Shown here piece by piece: positions 18,414 through 29,100 of a stretch of DNA of 64,000 nucleotides (its first letter is position 1; every line of letters begins with the position of its first letter). The DNA comes from a virus (Duplodnaviria > Caudoviricetes): the IMG/VR virus record IMGVR_UViG_649633002_000001, positions 5,191 to 69,190 of that record. One strand, given 5' to 3'. The notes below the pieces were generated by a model. That model worked only from the letters and a program-made list of their open reading frames with translations, ran no database searches and was not told where the DNA came from. A program made the translations under genes and the position numbers.

Positions 18414-21305
18414 ATGTCCAAAGTCATTATGGGAGTCGCAGAGATCGGTGCTGCGGCTGGCCTTGTCGTCGCCGCGAATTTCGTACCAGGAGGTCAGGCC
18501 CTCCTCACACCGTTTGTTCTGCACTTAGTAGAGGGTCTCGCTCTAAGCGGTGCCTCCATGTTGGCAGGTGCCGCCGCGTCGGCGCTGACCAGCAATCGCG
18601 GAATGACCATCACGACGCGTCAGCCTGCGAGCAATCGCCAGATCATCTACGGCACTCAGCGTGTGGGTGGTGTAGAGATTTACCGCAGCACAACTGGAAG
18701 CTCACTCGACCAATTCAACTACGTCATTGTGTTGGCTGGACACGTATGTGACTCCATCGTTAACCTCTACCTCGATGGTCGTCAGGTGCATTGGGAGGTT
18801 GGCTCCACCGGCAACAGCACGCGCAACGGTGTCAACTTCGGTGGCCACTGTGACGGCAACACATACACAGGACCAAATGGAGAGCAGTACAACTTTGGCG
18901 GTGGCCATGGCGGATACCACGTCTATTGCGAGGCCAGATATGGTGACCAGCTAGCCGGTGATGTCATTGGCGGATTGACCGCTAACGACGCTAATTGGGC
19001 AGCATCTAGCGAGGGTTCGCCCTATGTCGGTGACTGCTGCTACGTGTTCCTGAAGCTGGAGAGCGACCCAAATGTCTTCCCCGGTGATCCCGAGATACGT
19101 TTCACGGTCAATGGGAAACAGGTCTATGACCCACGCACGGGCACTACTGCGTTCTCTACCAACCGCGCACTCATCATCGCTGACGTCATCTCCGATCTTC
19201 AGTTCGGCTTAGGTGACAACACTGTAAATCAGGCTCAGCTTGTCGTGGCGGCGAACGTGTGTGATGAGCAGGTCGCACTTGCTGGCGGAGGAACTGAATC
19301 CAGAGACTGCTGCAACTACCACTACGACACCGGCACTGCGCCGGGTGATGTGCTTGTCACGATGGTCGAAGAAACCCTTGGTCGTCTTTCACAGATCGGC
19401 GGCGAGTGGTTCTACTGGCCTCGCTACTGGCAGGGACCCAGCTTCACTCTGGATGAGAACGCCCTTACTGGCCCAATTTCATGGAACCCATATCGCTCTG
19501 CGCCGGATCTCATCAATCGCTGCACGGGGACATATGTAGCTCCTCAGTACCCGTTTAACATTGCTGGAAATCTCTACGACGCTAATGGCTTCGACCCAGC
19601 GACGGGAACCATCCAGAACAATTTCCAGTACGGCTTTCAGCCGACAAACTTCCCACAGTTCGCCGCTGACGTTCCTCACGGATACGCAAGCGATGAGTAC
19701 CTGAACGAAGATGGCGGCATCATCCGCCCGAAGGAAATCACTCTCCGCACCGTCCTATCTGTTGCTCAGGCCCAACGCATTGCTAAGGGCACGCTGTTAG
19801 ACAATCGCCGCCAAGGTACAGGCAGCTTCCCGATGAGCCTAGCGGCTTGGCGGATGCAGCCGGTTGACGTCATGCAGTTCACCTTCCCCGAATACGGCTG
19901 GACTGAGAAGCTGCTTGAAGTCACGGATGTCGTCTTCGCTGTCACTGAGAATGACGGCGACCAGAACACCCCCGGCGTGCCTTCTATCGGTGTGGTGGTG
20001 TCGGTTCGTGAGACGGCCGCAAGCGATTACGAAGACCTCGGCCCCGGTGAAGAACAGACCATCTATGACGCTCCGGTTCTGGCACAGACTACCTATGTCC
20101 CCGCGCCTCCTACCGGTCTTGTCCTCACCTCTGGTGCTGCTACTGCCCTTCAGACTCTTGATGGTGTAGTACATCCCCGGATTGAGGTCCAATGGACCAC
20201 GCCTCAAGACATCCTTACCAATCAGATTCAGGTGCAGTATTCGACCGTGGCTAACCCCACGCTGTGGCTTGATGCGGGTCTGGTAGACGTCTCGAACAAC
20301 CTCACCTATATCAGCAACGTGATTGCGGGCGCAGGTTACAACGTCCGTATTCGAGGCCTCAGAGCAAATGGCGCTCAGTCGCCCTGGGAAGAGATAGACG
20401 GCTATACCGTCAGCATCACTCTGTCGGTTCAAGGCATCCTCGCCTTAGCTCCCGGTTCACTGGTTGCTGACGCCTACTCCGATAGCACCGGGCAGTATGC
20501 CGAAGTAACGGTGCAGGGCTTCACGGCTATGGTAGGCAACGCAAGTGTGGCTGTTCTACCGAATGGCACGACGGTCTTGCTTCAAGGGTTGGCGCAGCAG
20601 CAGCTCTACTACATCTACTATGTCGATCTGAACTTCACCGGCGGAGCCATCACTCCGATAGATACGCAGAATACGGCGGACTTCCTGAACAAGCCGGGAT
20701 ACTTTCTTATCGACTCCATAATCACCCCGTATGCTCCTCCGGCTTCTGGGTCTGGTGGTGGTGGTGGCGGGACTGCTACAGGCACGCGCTACTCACCCAG
20801 CAACTTCCAAGACACCGGCACCCGCACCACAACCAGCCCAACGAGCGCCTATGACGGCGACACATCTACCGCTGCAACGGTGTCGGGTAGCTATACCTAT
20901 GTTGCCGGGGGCGGCGGGGAAATAACCCAGAACGCATCAGGACCTTCAGCCCAAGGCAGCCTCCCTCCCGGCGGTGGTAGCTCGTCAAGGTCGTCATTCG
21001 GTCTCTGCTTATGGGAAGACTTCCCCAGCGTGACCACGACTACCGCGACGAACTTGAACCTGGTTGCGGCCTATCGGGTTCTCGGAACCGGCTCGCCGCA
21101 AGTCACCGTCACCGGCAATATCGGCAGCACCGCGAATATCGTCATGACCGAATCCGCAACAACGGCCTCAGCGACCTACACGATGGCGATTCCCTTGGGG
21201 ACAGACCTCAGTACGGTTTCACTGGAAGTCAACGTGACTGCGGACGACAACGGGTCAACCTCAAACACCGGCAGCTTCTCGGTCTACGAGATCTATATCC
21301 AGTAG
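18414..21305 (+). CDS. Tail tip / host-specificity protein (gpJ-like, Fn3 domain)
   Basis: RQIIYGTQRVGG, GKQVYDPRTG, Fn3-like PPTGL...VQW...YNVRIRG...SPW; Ser/Thr/Gly-rich C-terminus. Confidence 0.85.
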   Translation: MSKVIMGVAEIGAAAGLVVAANFVPGGQALLTPFVLHLVEGLALSGASMLAGAAASALTSNRGMTITTRQPASNRQIIYGTQRVGGVEIYRSTTGSSLDQFNYVIVLAGHVCDSIVNLYLDGRQVHWEVGSTGNSTRNGVNFGGHCDGNTYTGPNGEQYNFGGGHGGYHVYCEARYGDQLAGDVIGGLTANDANWAASSEGSPYVGDCCYVFLKLESDPNVFPGDPEIRFTVNGKQVYDPRTGTTAFSTNRALIIADVISDLQFGLGDNTVNQAQLVVAANVCDEQVALAGGGTESRDCCNYHYDTGTAPGDVLVTMVEETLGRLSQIGGEWFYWPRYWQGPSFTLDENALTGPISWNPYRSAPDLINRCTGTYVAPQYPFNIAGNLYDANGFDPATGTIQNNFQYGFQPTNFPQFAADVPHGYASDEYLNEDGGIIRPKEITLRTVLSVAQAQRIAKGTLLDNRRQGTGSFPMSLAAWRMQPVDVMQFTFPEYGWTEKLLEVTDVVFAVTENDGDQNTPGVPSIGVVVSVRETAASDYEDLGPGEEQTIYDAPVLAQTTYVPAPPTGLVLTSGAATALQTLDGVVHPRIEVQWTTPQDILTNQIQVQYSTVANPTLWLDAGLVDVSNNLTYISNVIAGAGYNVRIRGLRANGAQSPWEEIDGYTVSITLSVQGILALAPGSLVADAYSDSTGQYAEVTVQGFTAMVGNASVAVLPNGTTVLLQGLAQQQLYYIYYVDLNFTGGAITPIDTQNTADFLNKPGYFLIDSIITPYAPPASGSGGGGGGTATGTRYSPSNFQDTGTRTTTSPTSAYDGDTSTAATVSGSYTYVAGGGGEITQNASGPSAQGSLPPGGGSSSRSSFGLCLWEDFPSVTTTTATNLNLVAAYRVLGTGSPQVTVTGNIGSTANIVMTESATTASATYTMAIPLGTDLSTVSLEVNVTADDNGSTSNTGSFSVYEIYIQ

Positions 21306-21378
21306 ACCGATGCCCCATCCCTCAGCCCATGAACGATCCCTAACCCAGTCCGACAAGATCCCAGTAGAAGGAAGCAGC

Positions 21379-21918
21379 ATGTCACCCATAAACAAACCAA
21401 CCACCATCAAGGAGCTTGACGGTTTGCCCGCTGGCGAGATTGATTTCCGTATTGCACAGTCAGAGCAGCGCACCAAGCAGTTCCTAGAGGCGCGGCTCAA
21501 TACGCAAGACGAGAAGTTGGACACCATGCAGCAAGACTTATCTGCTTTGGTCGGTACGCCTCTGGTGGCCGGAATGATCAAAGACATCAAGACGAGCATC
21601 GACGCGGTCCGCGATAGGCAGGAAGAGCAAGCCGGGAAGCATAGCGACTGGCATGAAGCCGACCTCACCTTCCGAACAGAGGTCATCACCCGAGTCGGCA
21701 CCATAGAAACCGAACAGAAGAAGATGACCGGCCAGATGCGGATGATTCGCTGGTTCGTGGCTACCTCAAAGGGCGTCAGCAAGTGCCTGGAGCTAGCAAT
21801 CAAAGCTCTCACCGAGGCCGACTTCTGGAAGGTGTTCGGGGCGGCTGGGTTGATGTGGGCGCTGAGCCACTATGCTCCTGCGGTCTTCAAGGTTGTAGCC
21901 GAGTACGTCAAGCAGTAG
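21379..21918 (+). CDS. Coiled-coil protein with C-terminal hydrophobic segment (possible holin/antiholin)
   Basis: ATG 21379 after AAGGAAG; FWKVFGAAGLMWALSH; immediately upstream of the endolysin. Confidence 0.5.
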   Translation: MSPINKPTTIKELDGLPAGEIDFRIAQSEQRTKQFLEARLNTQDEKLDTMQQDLSALVGTPLVAGMIKDIKTSIDAVRDRQEEQAGKHSDWHEADLTFRTEVITRVGTIETEQKKMTGQMRMIRWFVATSKGVSKCLELAIKALTEADFWKVFGAAGLMWALSHYAPAVFKVVAEYVKQ

Positions 21919-21966
21919 ATGGTCATGTTTCCGATCCTCGGAAAGATGGATTGAGTAGGAAATCCC

Positions 21967-22419
21967 ATGTACAACTTCATTTACAGCAAGGATGGACTCG
22001 CCCTCACCGAGTCCTTTGAAGGCGTGCGCCTCACGGCGTATCAGGATCAAGGCGGCGTGTGGACTATCGGCTACGGTCATACCGGAGCGGACGTTCATTC
22101 CGGCCTGACCATAACCCTCACGCAAGCAGAGCAGTTCCTTCTAGCCGACGTGAGACACGCTAGCGACACGGTAAACCGGCTGGTCACATGGGCTGGTCTC
22201 GATCAGATGGTCTTCGATAGTCTGGTTGACTTCGCCTTCAACGCGGGGTGCGGAGCCTTTGCCGGGTCAATGCTACTGAAGGACCTCAACGCCGGGAAGC
22301 TGGCTGAGGCGGCTCACCAGTTTGAGGCCTGGGATCATGTCAGCGGTCAGGTGGTGGCTGGGCTGCTGAGGCGTCGTCTGGCGGAGGAGAAGCTGTTCGA
22401 TTCTGGTGTGGCTGCGTAG
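21967..22419 (+). CDS. Endolysin, GH24 phage lysozyme
   Basis: Catalytic E-x8-D-x5-T in FEGVRLTAYQDQGGVWTIGYGHT; GLLRRRLAEEKLF. Confidence 0.96.
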   Translation: MYNFIYSKDGLALTESFEGVRLTAYQDQGGVWTIGYGHTGADVHSGLTITLTQAEQFLLADVRHASDTVNRLVTWAGLDQMVFDSLVDFAFNAGCGAFAGSMLLKDLNAGKLAEAAHQFEAWDHVSGQVVAGLLRRRLAEEKLFDSGVAA

Positions 22420-22631
22420 ACAATTGAACTTTTCCAAGTGCTTGGAAAACTCAAAGACCCCTTGGCGAAAGCTGAGGGGTCTATGTAGCTTAAGGTCGCC
22501 ATGCAGCTCCCATTCTGGGTGACGTGTCACCCCTACTTCCGATGCGAAGCAGCGTGCTTTTAAGTTCGACAGTGATTTCACGTTTTCCATCTTCCTGATG
22601 CCTATGCAACGGGCCGAAGGAACCGTCGCAC

Positions 22632-22724
22632 ATGGATTACGCGGCCCTCTTGGTCAACGTGGCACAGCTCACCGTCGCCATCATCGCCCTCGCCGTCTCT
22701 ATCGTCGCTCTCCGCCGCAAGTAG
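22632..22724 (+). CDS. 30-aa single-pass membrane peptide (not in ORF track)
   Basis: MDYAALLVNVAQLTVAIIALAVSIVALRRK*, AAGGA RBS upstream, hairpin downstream. Confidence 0.6.
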   Translation: MDYAALLVNVAQLTVAIIALAVSIVALRRK

Positions 22725-22752
22725 GCCCTGAGCCTCACCACCCACCAGACGC

Positions 22753-22782
22753 ACCACGGGCCGCCGCGAGGCGGCCCGTGGT
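22753..22782. terminator. Perfect 13-bp hairpin between convergent genes
   Basis: ACCACGGGCCGCC-GCGA-GGCGGCCCGTGGT. Confidence 0.7.
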
Positions 22783-22800
22783 TGTCGGTAGATCGGGAAG

Positions 22801-23124
22801 CTAGGCTGCGGTTACTCCAGCTCCCTTAGAACCGCGATTGAAGACGAGACGGAAGAGTTTCACGATGGCGAACCAGATGATCCCATTGATGACAACAGCG
22901 GTCAGAGCCGAGAGTAAACCCAGAGCAACTAACCCCAAGGGGCCTCTCCAGAGCAAGCTCTGGATGAGCCAACCACCCAAGAAGTTACCGGGGCATAGCA
23001 GGATCAAGGCCGTCCCCCACATCGGTATTCCCATGGCTGACGGTGCGTGCGGCCATAGCGCTAAGCACGTTATGCCGACGAACTGAACCACGAGGAAGAC
23101 GACGAGCACTTTACGATTCTTCAT
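22801..23124 (-). CDS. Small multi-pass membrane protein, putative Rhs immunity protein
   Basis: Starts 8 bp after the Rhs stop; about three hydrophobic segments. Confidence 0.65.
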   Translation of the reverse strand: MKNRKVLVVFLVVQFVGITCLALWPHAPSAMGIPMWGTALILLCPGNFLGGWLIQSLLWRGPLGLVALGLLSALTAVVINGIIWFAIVKLFRLVFNRGSKGAGVTAA

Positions 23125-23132
23125 GTCATCCC

Positions 23133-26100
23133 CTATGGCGTGGTGCCGATGATGATCTTGTTCCCGGCTGGGTTCGGCATGATGCTGTGCAGGTCTATGT
23201 CGTCACGGTTACACATGCGTATGCAGCCGTGAGAAGTCGGGCTTAGGAAGAGAGCATTACCCCAGGTTGTTGGACTCCAGCCTGGCCCCATCGTTCCGTG
23301 GATGAAGATGCCTCTACCGTCTAGCTCCTTGATGTGAAGCTGGTACGGCCCGAAGGCATTGCCGCCAAGCGCTGTTTTGCTCCACGGCGTATTCGCCGAG
23401 TTCCCATACAAGGTCGAGACGTGATCCTTCTCCCAACTCTTCGCCGTAAACGTTCCGGTCGGCGTCACATGGCCGTCGCCGCCAACTACGACACTCGCGG
23501 TTAGAAGCGTGGTCGGAGCTGCGTCGCCTTTATTTTGCCCGGTGACGGTGAGCGTCCCCTTCGACGTTTTGGGGTCGTAGGTTACCGTGATCGTGCAAGT
23601 GCTGAACTTCTTATCGCCAGCCTGACACCCTGCCATTCCGGTTGGATCGGTGTGGCTCATCGGATTGTTGTTCACATAGGCATACATGTTGAGGTTCTGA
23701 GGATTTCCGATCCACTCCTCGAACTTCTTGTGGGACTCTTCTTCCTCTTCCTCGCTACTGCCTTCGGGAGGATGTTGCCAGCCCAACCACGGGATAGGAT
23801 CAGGCGACATCCATCTCCCCATATTCGATCCGTAGTAGCGGGCCGGGAAGTAGTCGAGTCCTGACTCGGCGTCGCGTTCTTTGCCGGTGAACAAATATGG
23901 ATCGTTCGTATTGCCGGAAAACACGCCACCAAATGGCCGGTAATCCATGGGGTTGACGAACGTTCCATCGGCCAGCAGATTGCCCGCTGTGGTTCCGAGT
24001 TGATCCGTGACGTGGTAGACGGGTGCGCCGTTTTGAGTGCCCGGCACCTCGGCTAGCAATCCATTCGGCCCATAAATGAGATCTGTCCACTGTCCAGCGG
24101 AGAGCCGGGCGATTGGCTGGCCACCAAAGTAAACAGTATCGGTCACTCCAACACCCTGCTTCTCAACTCGTTGCCCTTCCGCATCGTAGACATAGGTGGC
24201 ACCGCCAGCCGTGAGCATTCGGCTTTCCGCATCCCACGTCATGACGTTGTAGCCGTCCGATAAAAGATTCCCGGCAGCATCATAGGAGTATCCAAACATC
24301 TGATTGTTCGCAGTATAGCTGGCGTTGAAGCTACCGTTCTTCGTGATGTTACCGAAGGAGTCGTAGGCGTAGCTCTCGTTCAGGCCATTGGGAACCGGGG
24401 TTCCTGATTGTCCCGTGGCGATCACCGTAGTCGTGGTGGTTGTCTGCGTGTATGGGGCGGGATCACTGCCTTCGACCAACTGAGGACCCCAGACTTGAAA
24501 CCCCTGACCATTTTGGATCGATCCGCCGCCCCCAATCTGTAAAGCGAGATTCGTCAGACCATTCATAAGGCTGCCAGTAACAGCAACGCGCTGCCATGAT
24601 GAGGAAAGATTAAGATTGACCGAGTTCGCAACTTGCCAGCCTTGATCGCCAATCTCAGTAAGATAGAGATTGATAGGTTGAGTGCCTGAGTTTGAGCGGA
24701 GATAGACGGACGCCGTAACGGTTTCTCCATCGTAGAGGGACGGGTTGGGAGCCAAGGCGGCGAGGTAGCTGTCGCCTGAATTCGGAGACGCAACAAAAGT
24801 GGAGGCTGTGTTCGTACCATCAGGCGCAGCCCCGGAAATGCCAGCGATGCTCCCGGCACTGAGGAACCAGTTAGGCCCATTGAGTTGCTGAGAGTTGGGT
24901 AGTATGTTCGTCAATTGTGTGCCGGTGAGAACCGGGAGCGTTGTAGTTGCGATGTAAGGTCCTGGATGGGATGCCACTTCCAGCTGAGCCCCCCAAACAT
25001 CGAAGACCTGTCCACTTTGTAATGAGCCTGCGCCCCCAATCTGTAATACGAGAGCCGTCAAACCAGTTGGAAGGCTGGCCGTGATCTGGAAGCGCTGCCA
25101 TGTGGAGTTCAGGTTTACCGTTTGCGGACTGAAATAAGTCCTACCGGAGGCGTTCATCGTGAAGAGATAAAGGTTCAGAGTTTGCGAACCACCTGTGGAA
25201 CGTAGGTAGACAGAACCTGTGACAGTGGCCCCGTCATAGAGGCCGGGATTAGCAGCGCTATCTACCAAATACGAGTCTGCTCCCGTAGCCGATATCTGTG
25301 CAGCTGTGATCGAACCGTCTGGCGCGGTAGTGCTGTTTGTAGCGGTCGTTATGGTCTGGCCAGACCAACTTGGACCGGTCGGGGTCTGCGAATACGGAAG
25401 GAGGTTGGTAAAACTCGTATTGATAGTTGCTGGAATCCCCGCTGTCGCGACGTAGGGACCGGCTGTAGCCGCAGCCTCCACCTGCGCCCCCCAAACTTGC
25501 ACAACTTGGCCGGCTAACATATGACCATTGCCGCCGACCTGAAGTGCGAGCAGCGAAAGGCTACCCTGTGTCACCCCTGTCACAGCAAATCTTTGCCAAT
25601 CCGAGGTCACATTCACAATCGTTGCGTTCAGGGCCGCAAAACCAGATGAACCCGTCTCATAGAGACCTAAGTCCACACTAAGGCTGCCGCTCGGCACTCG
25701 CATCCACACTGAACCGGTGATAGTCAGCCCACTGTAGGGGAGAGGGCTTTGAACAAGACCGTCAATTTGGCCGTTGCCAGTGGAGGTTATTGTTGCGCCG
25801 GTCTTCTGACCATCGGGCGCGGTGACAGAATTATCGGCAACTGATACACCATTCGCTGCCCAAGTAGACCCCGAGAAGCGCTGAGAATAAGGCAGAAAGT
25901 TTGTAACGCTTGATCCAGCTATACCTTCGTCTTCCAGCATGGGATTCCAGACCATGAAGCTCTGGCCATTGCTCACTGTTGCGCCCCCTCCGATCTGCCA
26001 AGAGATAACATTTAGAGCAGCTGGCATCGATCCCGTCACCTGATACTGCTGCCAGCTAGGCGTAAGTTGGACCTGTCTCCAGCCAGCGATCCCAAAATTA

Positions 26101-29100
26101 CCCGGGGACAGATCAACCAAATAGAGATTGACCGTCTGGGTGCCCGAAGTGCTTCGTAGCCATACAGAACCCGTCATCGTTTCGAGGCTGTAACTGCTCG
26201 CATTAGGGACTGTCCCGCTGATATAAGTGTCTTGTGAGCCGGAGGTTGCCGTCACAACCGCTGCGCTCATCAGGCCATCAGGCCCAGTCGCGGCGTTTGT
26301 AGCCACGGTCGCATTCGTGTACGTCCAACCAGGCTGGGATGCGCCAAGCTCCGCAAGTAGGTTTGAATCGTCGGGATTGGTCCACTGTGGAACAGCTCCG
26401 CTACCGCCCGGTGTTTCCGCCGCACCGCTACCGCTTGTTGTGGTGGAGCCAGTGTTGCCATTCGATCCACTCGCGACGGCGAGATTCGAGAATATGTCCT
26501 GCGCCGCCGTCAACCTATTCAGGCTATCGTAGCCAAACTGGCGTTGAACGCCAGTAATCAGATCCGTCTGACTTTGAAGATTGCTGTTGGGAGTCCAGGC
26601 ATACTGCTTTGACCAGAGAGGCGCATTCGCCGGACCGTACCCCAGAGTCAGTAGGCGTTCCCGATTGTCGTAACCCGCACCCATCGACACACCATTGCCG
26701 AACCCAGCCGCCACGAGGTGGCCAGCGGCGTCGTAACCGTTCGTCGCGACCGTGAGATACGGTTGGTTGACCACATTTGAACTAAACCCGAGATTCGTAA
26801 CCGAGGACATACGTCCCGCCGCATCGAACCCATGCTGCACCGTGCGACCGTCCGGATAGGTAAGGGATGTCATATTCCCGGCGAGGTCGTATCCCGCAGA
26901 AACTCCGATATCGTAGGAGCAATCGCTAGGAACGCACTCCGTCTGGCTAGTCAATCTTCCCATCGCGTCATAGGACAACGTCTTCGCGGCGTTCACCTCA
27001 TTCGAAACGTGAGACAACCGCCCGATGGAATTCAGAGAAGACGGAATGGCCCCTCCATTCTCATCCTTACCGTCGTAACCAAATGCAGCCGTCGGCGTTC
27101 CATCTGAATAGGTCTTGAAGTGAAGCCGGTTCAAAGCATCGTATGTGTAGGAGGTCTGCTTTCCCCGTGCATCAGTCTTGTATTGAAGATTGCCGTTCGC
27201 ATCGTAGCCACCTGAGCAAGTAGAGCCGCTCCAAAGCCCGTAGCAGATGGTGCCGGTCTCGGGGTTGGTAGAGGTGATGAGACGCGACAGAGAATCGTAT
27301 GAGAAGCTGCGGGACCGCGGTGCGTCGCCAGGAGCTCCGATTTGATTCACGCCTTTTAAATTATTGAGGCCGTCATACGAATAGTCAGTCTCAAGAAATG
27401 GAGTTCCGTTAGCCGGGCTAGGCTCTATCACGGCCGCCAACCGGCCAAACGAGTCTGAAACATGCTGCCAGTGTGAGCCGGTCTCATCGGAGTGATCGAC
27501 CCAAGAGCCCTGCGAGATCGAACTGGCGTTACCGATGCAATTGGGCTGTGAGCCCGAGCTAATGCCGTTGTAACACCACCATTCGCCGGATCCGTCTGTG
27601 TTTGTTTGATGAATCTCCCGGCCAAGGGCGTCATAAGCAAAAAGTTTGGTACCGTCCGTGGGGAGGAAGCCGCTCCGATGCGGACTGCTGACCGAATAGA
27701 CCGATCCCATGCCGGTGTAAGCGGTGTCCACATAGTCAGTGCCTGCTGGGTCAGATGTAACCTGCGTCTGAACAGTATGGCCGATGCCGTCCTGAACCGC
27801 CACGCTGTTGAGTTGCGTACCGCCCGTGTTGAGCAGCATCTTAGTCGTGATGCTGGGTGAGGGTGCGGCATCGTTGTAAGTAAATGCTGTTGTTGGCCGC
27901 TGGTTTCCGTTGCTTGCGTCCAATGGTCCCTGAGTCTCCGTGAGCCGATTCAACGAGTCCGCATACGTGTAGTTAGTCGTCTGGTTGTTTGCGTCGGTTA
28001 CACTCGAAACCTGACCATCGGAATAGCGATAGCCGTACTTCAAAACTATGGGCACGCCGTTCGGCGAAGGGCGTGTTACAGACGTGACGTAAGCATTCGT
28101 CTGTCCCGAAGCATTAGCATCTGTGAAGTTATCGGCGTAGGAGTATGCAGTCGTGTGTCCCGCCGTGCCGGGCATATCAGCGCAAGCAACGTTACCGCAG
28201 CCGTCGGTACTCGAAACGATCTGGCCTGTCTCGTCGAAGACCGCTGTCGTGGTCGTTGACGATCCGTTATTGGACCATTGCGTGACGGTGGTTGGATTGC
28301 CGCGTCGCGCGGGGACTGAGGGACCATAATTTGCTTCATCGTGGGTACCAGCAACCAGACCACCGACAGCCTGCGTGGTGGCGCTGCCACTCAGGCAAGG
28401 TGACGACCCACCATCCAAGTAAACGTCTGTCTCCGCTGTGCGAGTTGATCCATCGTAGATGGCTGTCAAACAGGGCATTGAGGAAATCCCATACCCTAAA
28501 AGGGTTTTACGGGTGGGTGTAGGTGACCCACAATTTGCACTAGCCGCAACCGACCAACCACCGTTGACAGGCGTTATTTGAGGCCCGCTTACTCCAAATC
28601 CATACTCGTCTTTTTCTGTAACCAGGTCCGAGTCACCGGTAAAGCAGTAAACTTCAGACGACGAGGGTGCTCCCGCCAGTTGAACAGTTTTGCTCGTCAA
28701 TTTGTACTGGTCGGACCACGTTTTAGTCGTAGCCCGCAATAGAGTCGAATTAGATGAGCCCGCAATTCCCAGATCATAGTCTTTGACACTAGTTTCAACG
28801 GGCAATTGAACTGCCATCAATCCAAACTCGTTTACTTGTACTTTTCTACCGATCGGACCGTAGGAGTAGACGGTTTGAGATTTCTGACCGCTGATGTTAT
28901 CGGTGGTAGATACCGTCGTAGTCTTAGAAAGCCATTGTCCAACCGAATTCCATGTCGTCGAATAACTAAAGCTTTGCGTGATCGCCGCTGAGGAGCCTTG
29001 ACGATACCCTACAGTTCTCTGGTCGATGACTGGGATTGAATATTCGTATAAGCAACCGCCAGAGAAAGGTATCGGCTGACCACCGGACCCCGAGCCCTGA

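Noticed and set aside
13431-21305. Diversity-generating retroelement acting on fibre or tip genes
   Set aside because: No reverse transcriptase and no adenine-variant TR/VR pair seen; the fibre repeats are diverged protein-level repeats
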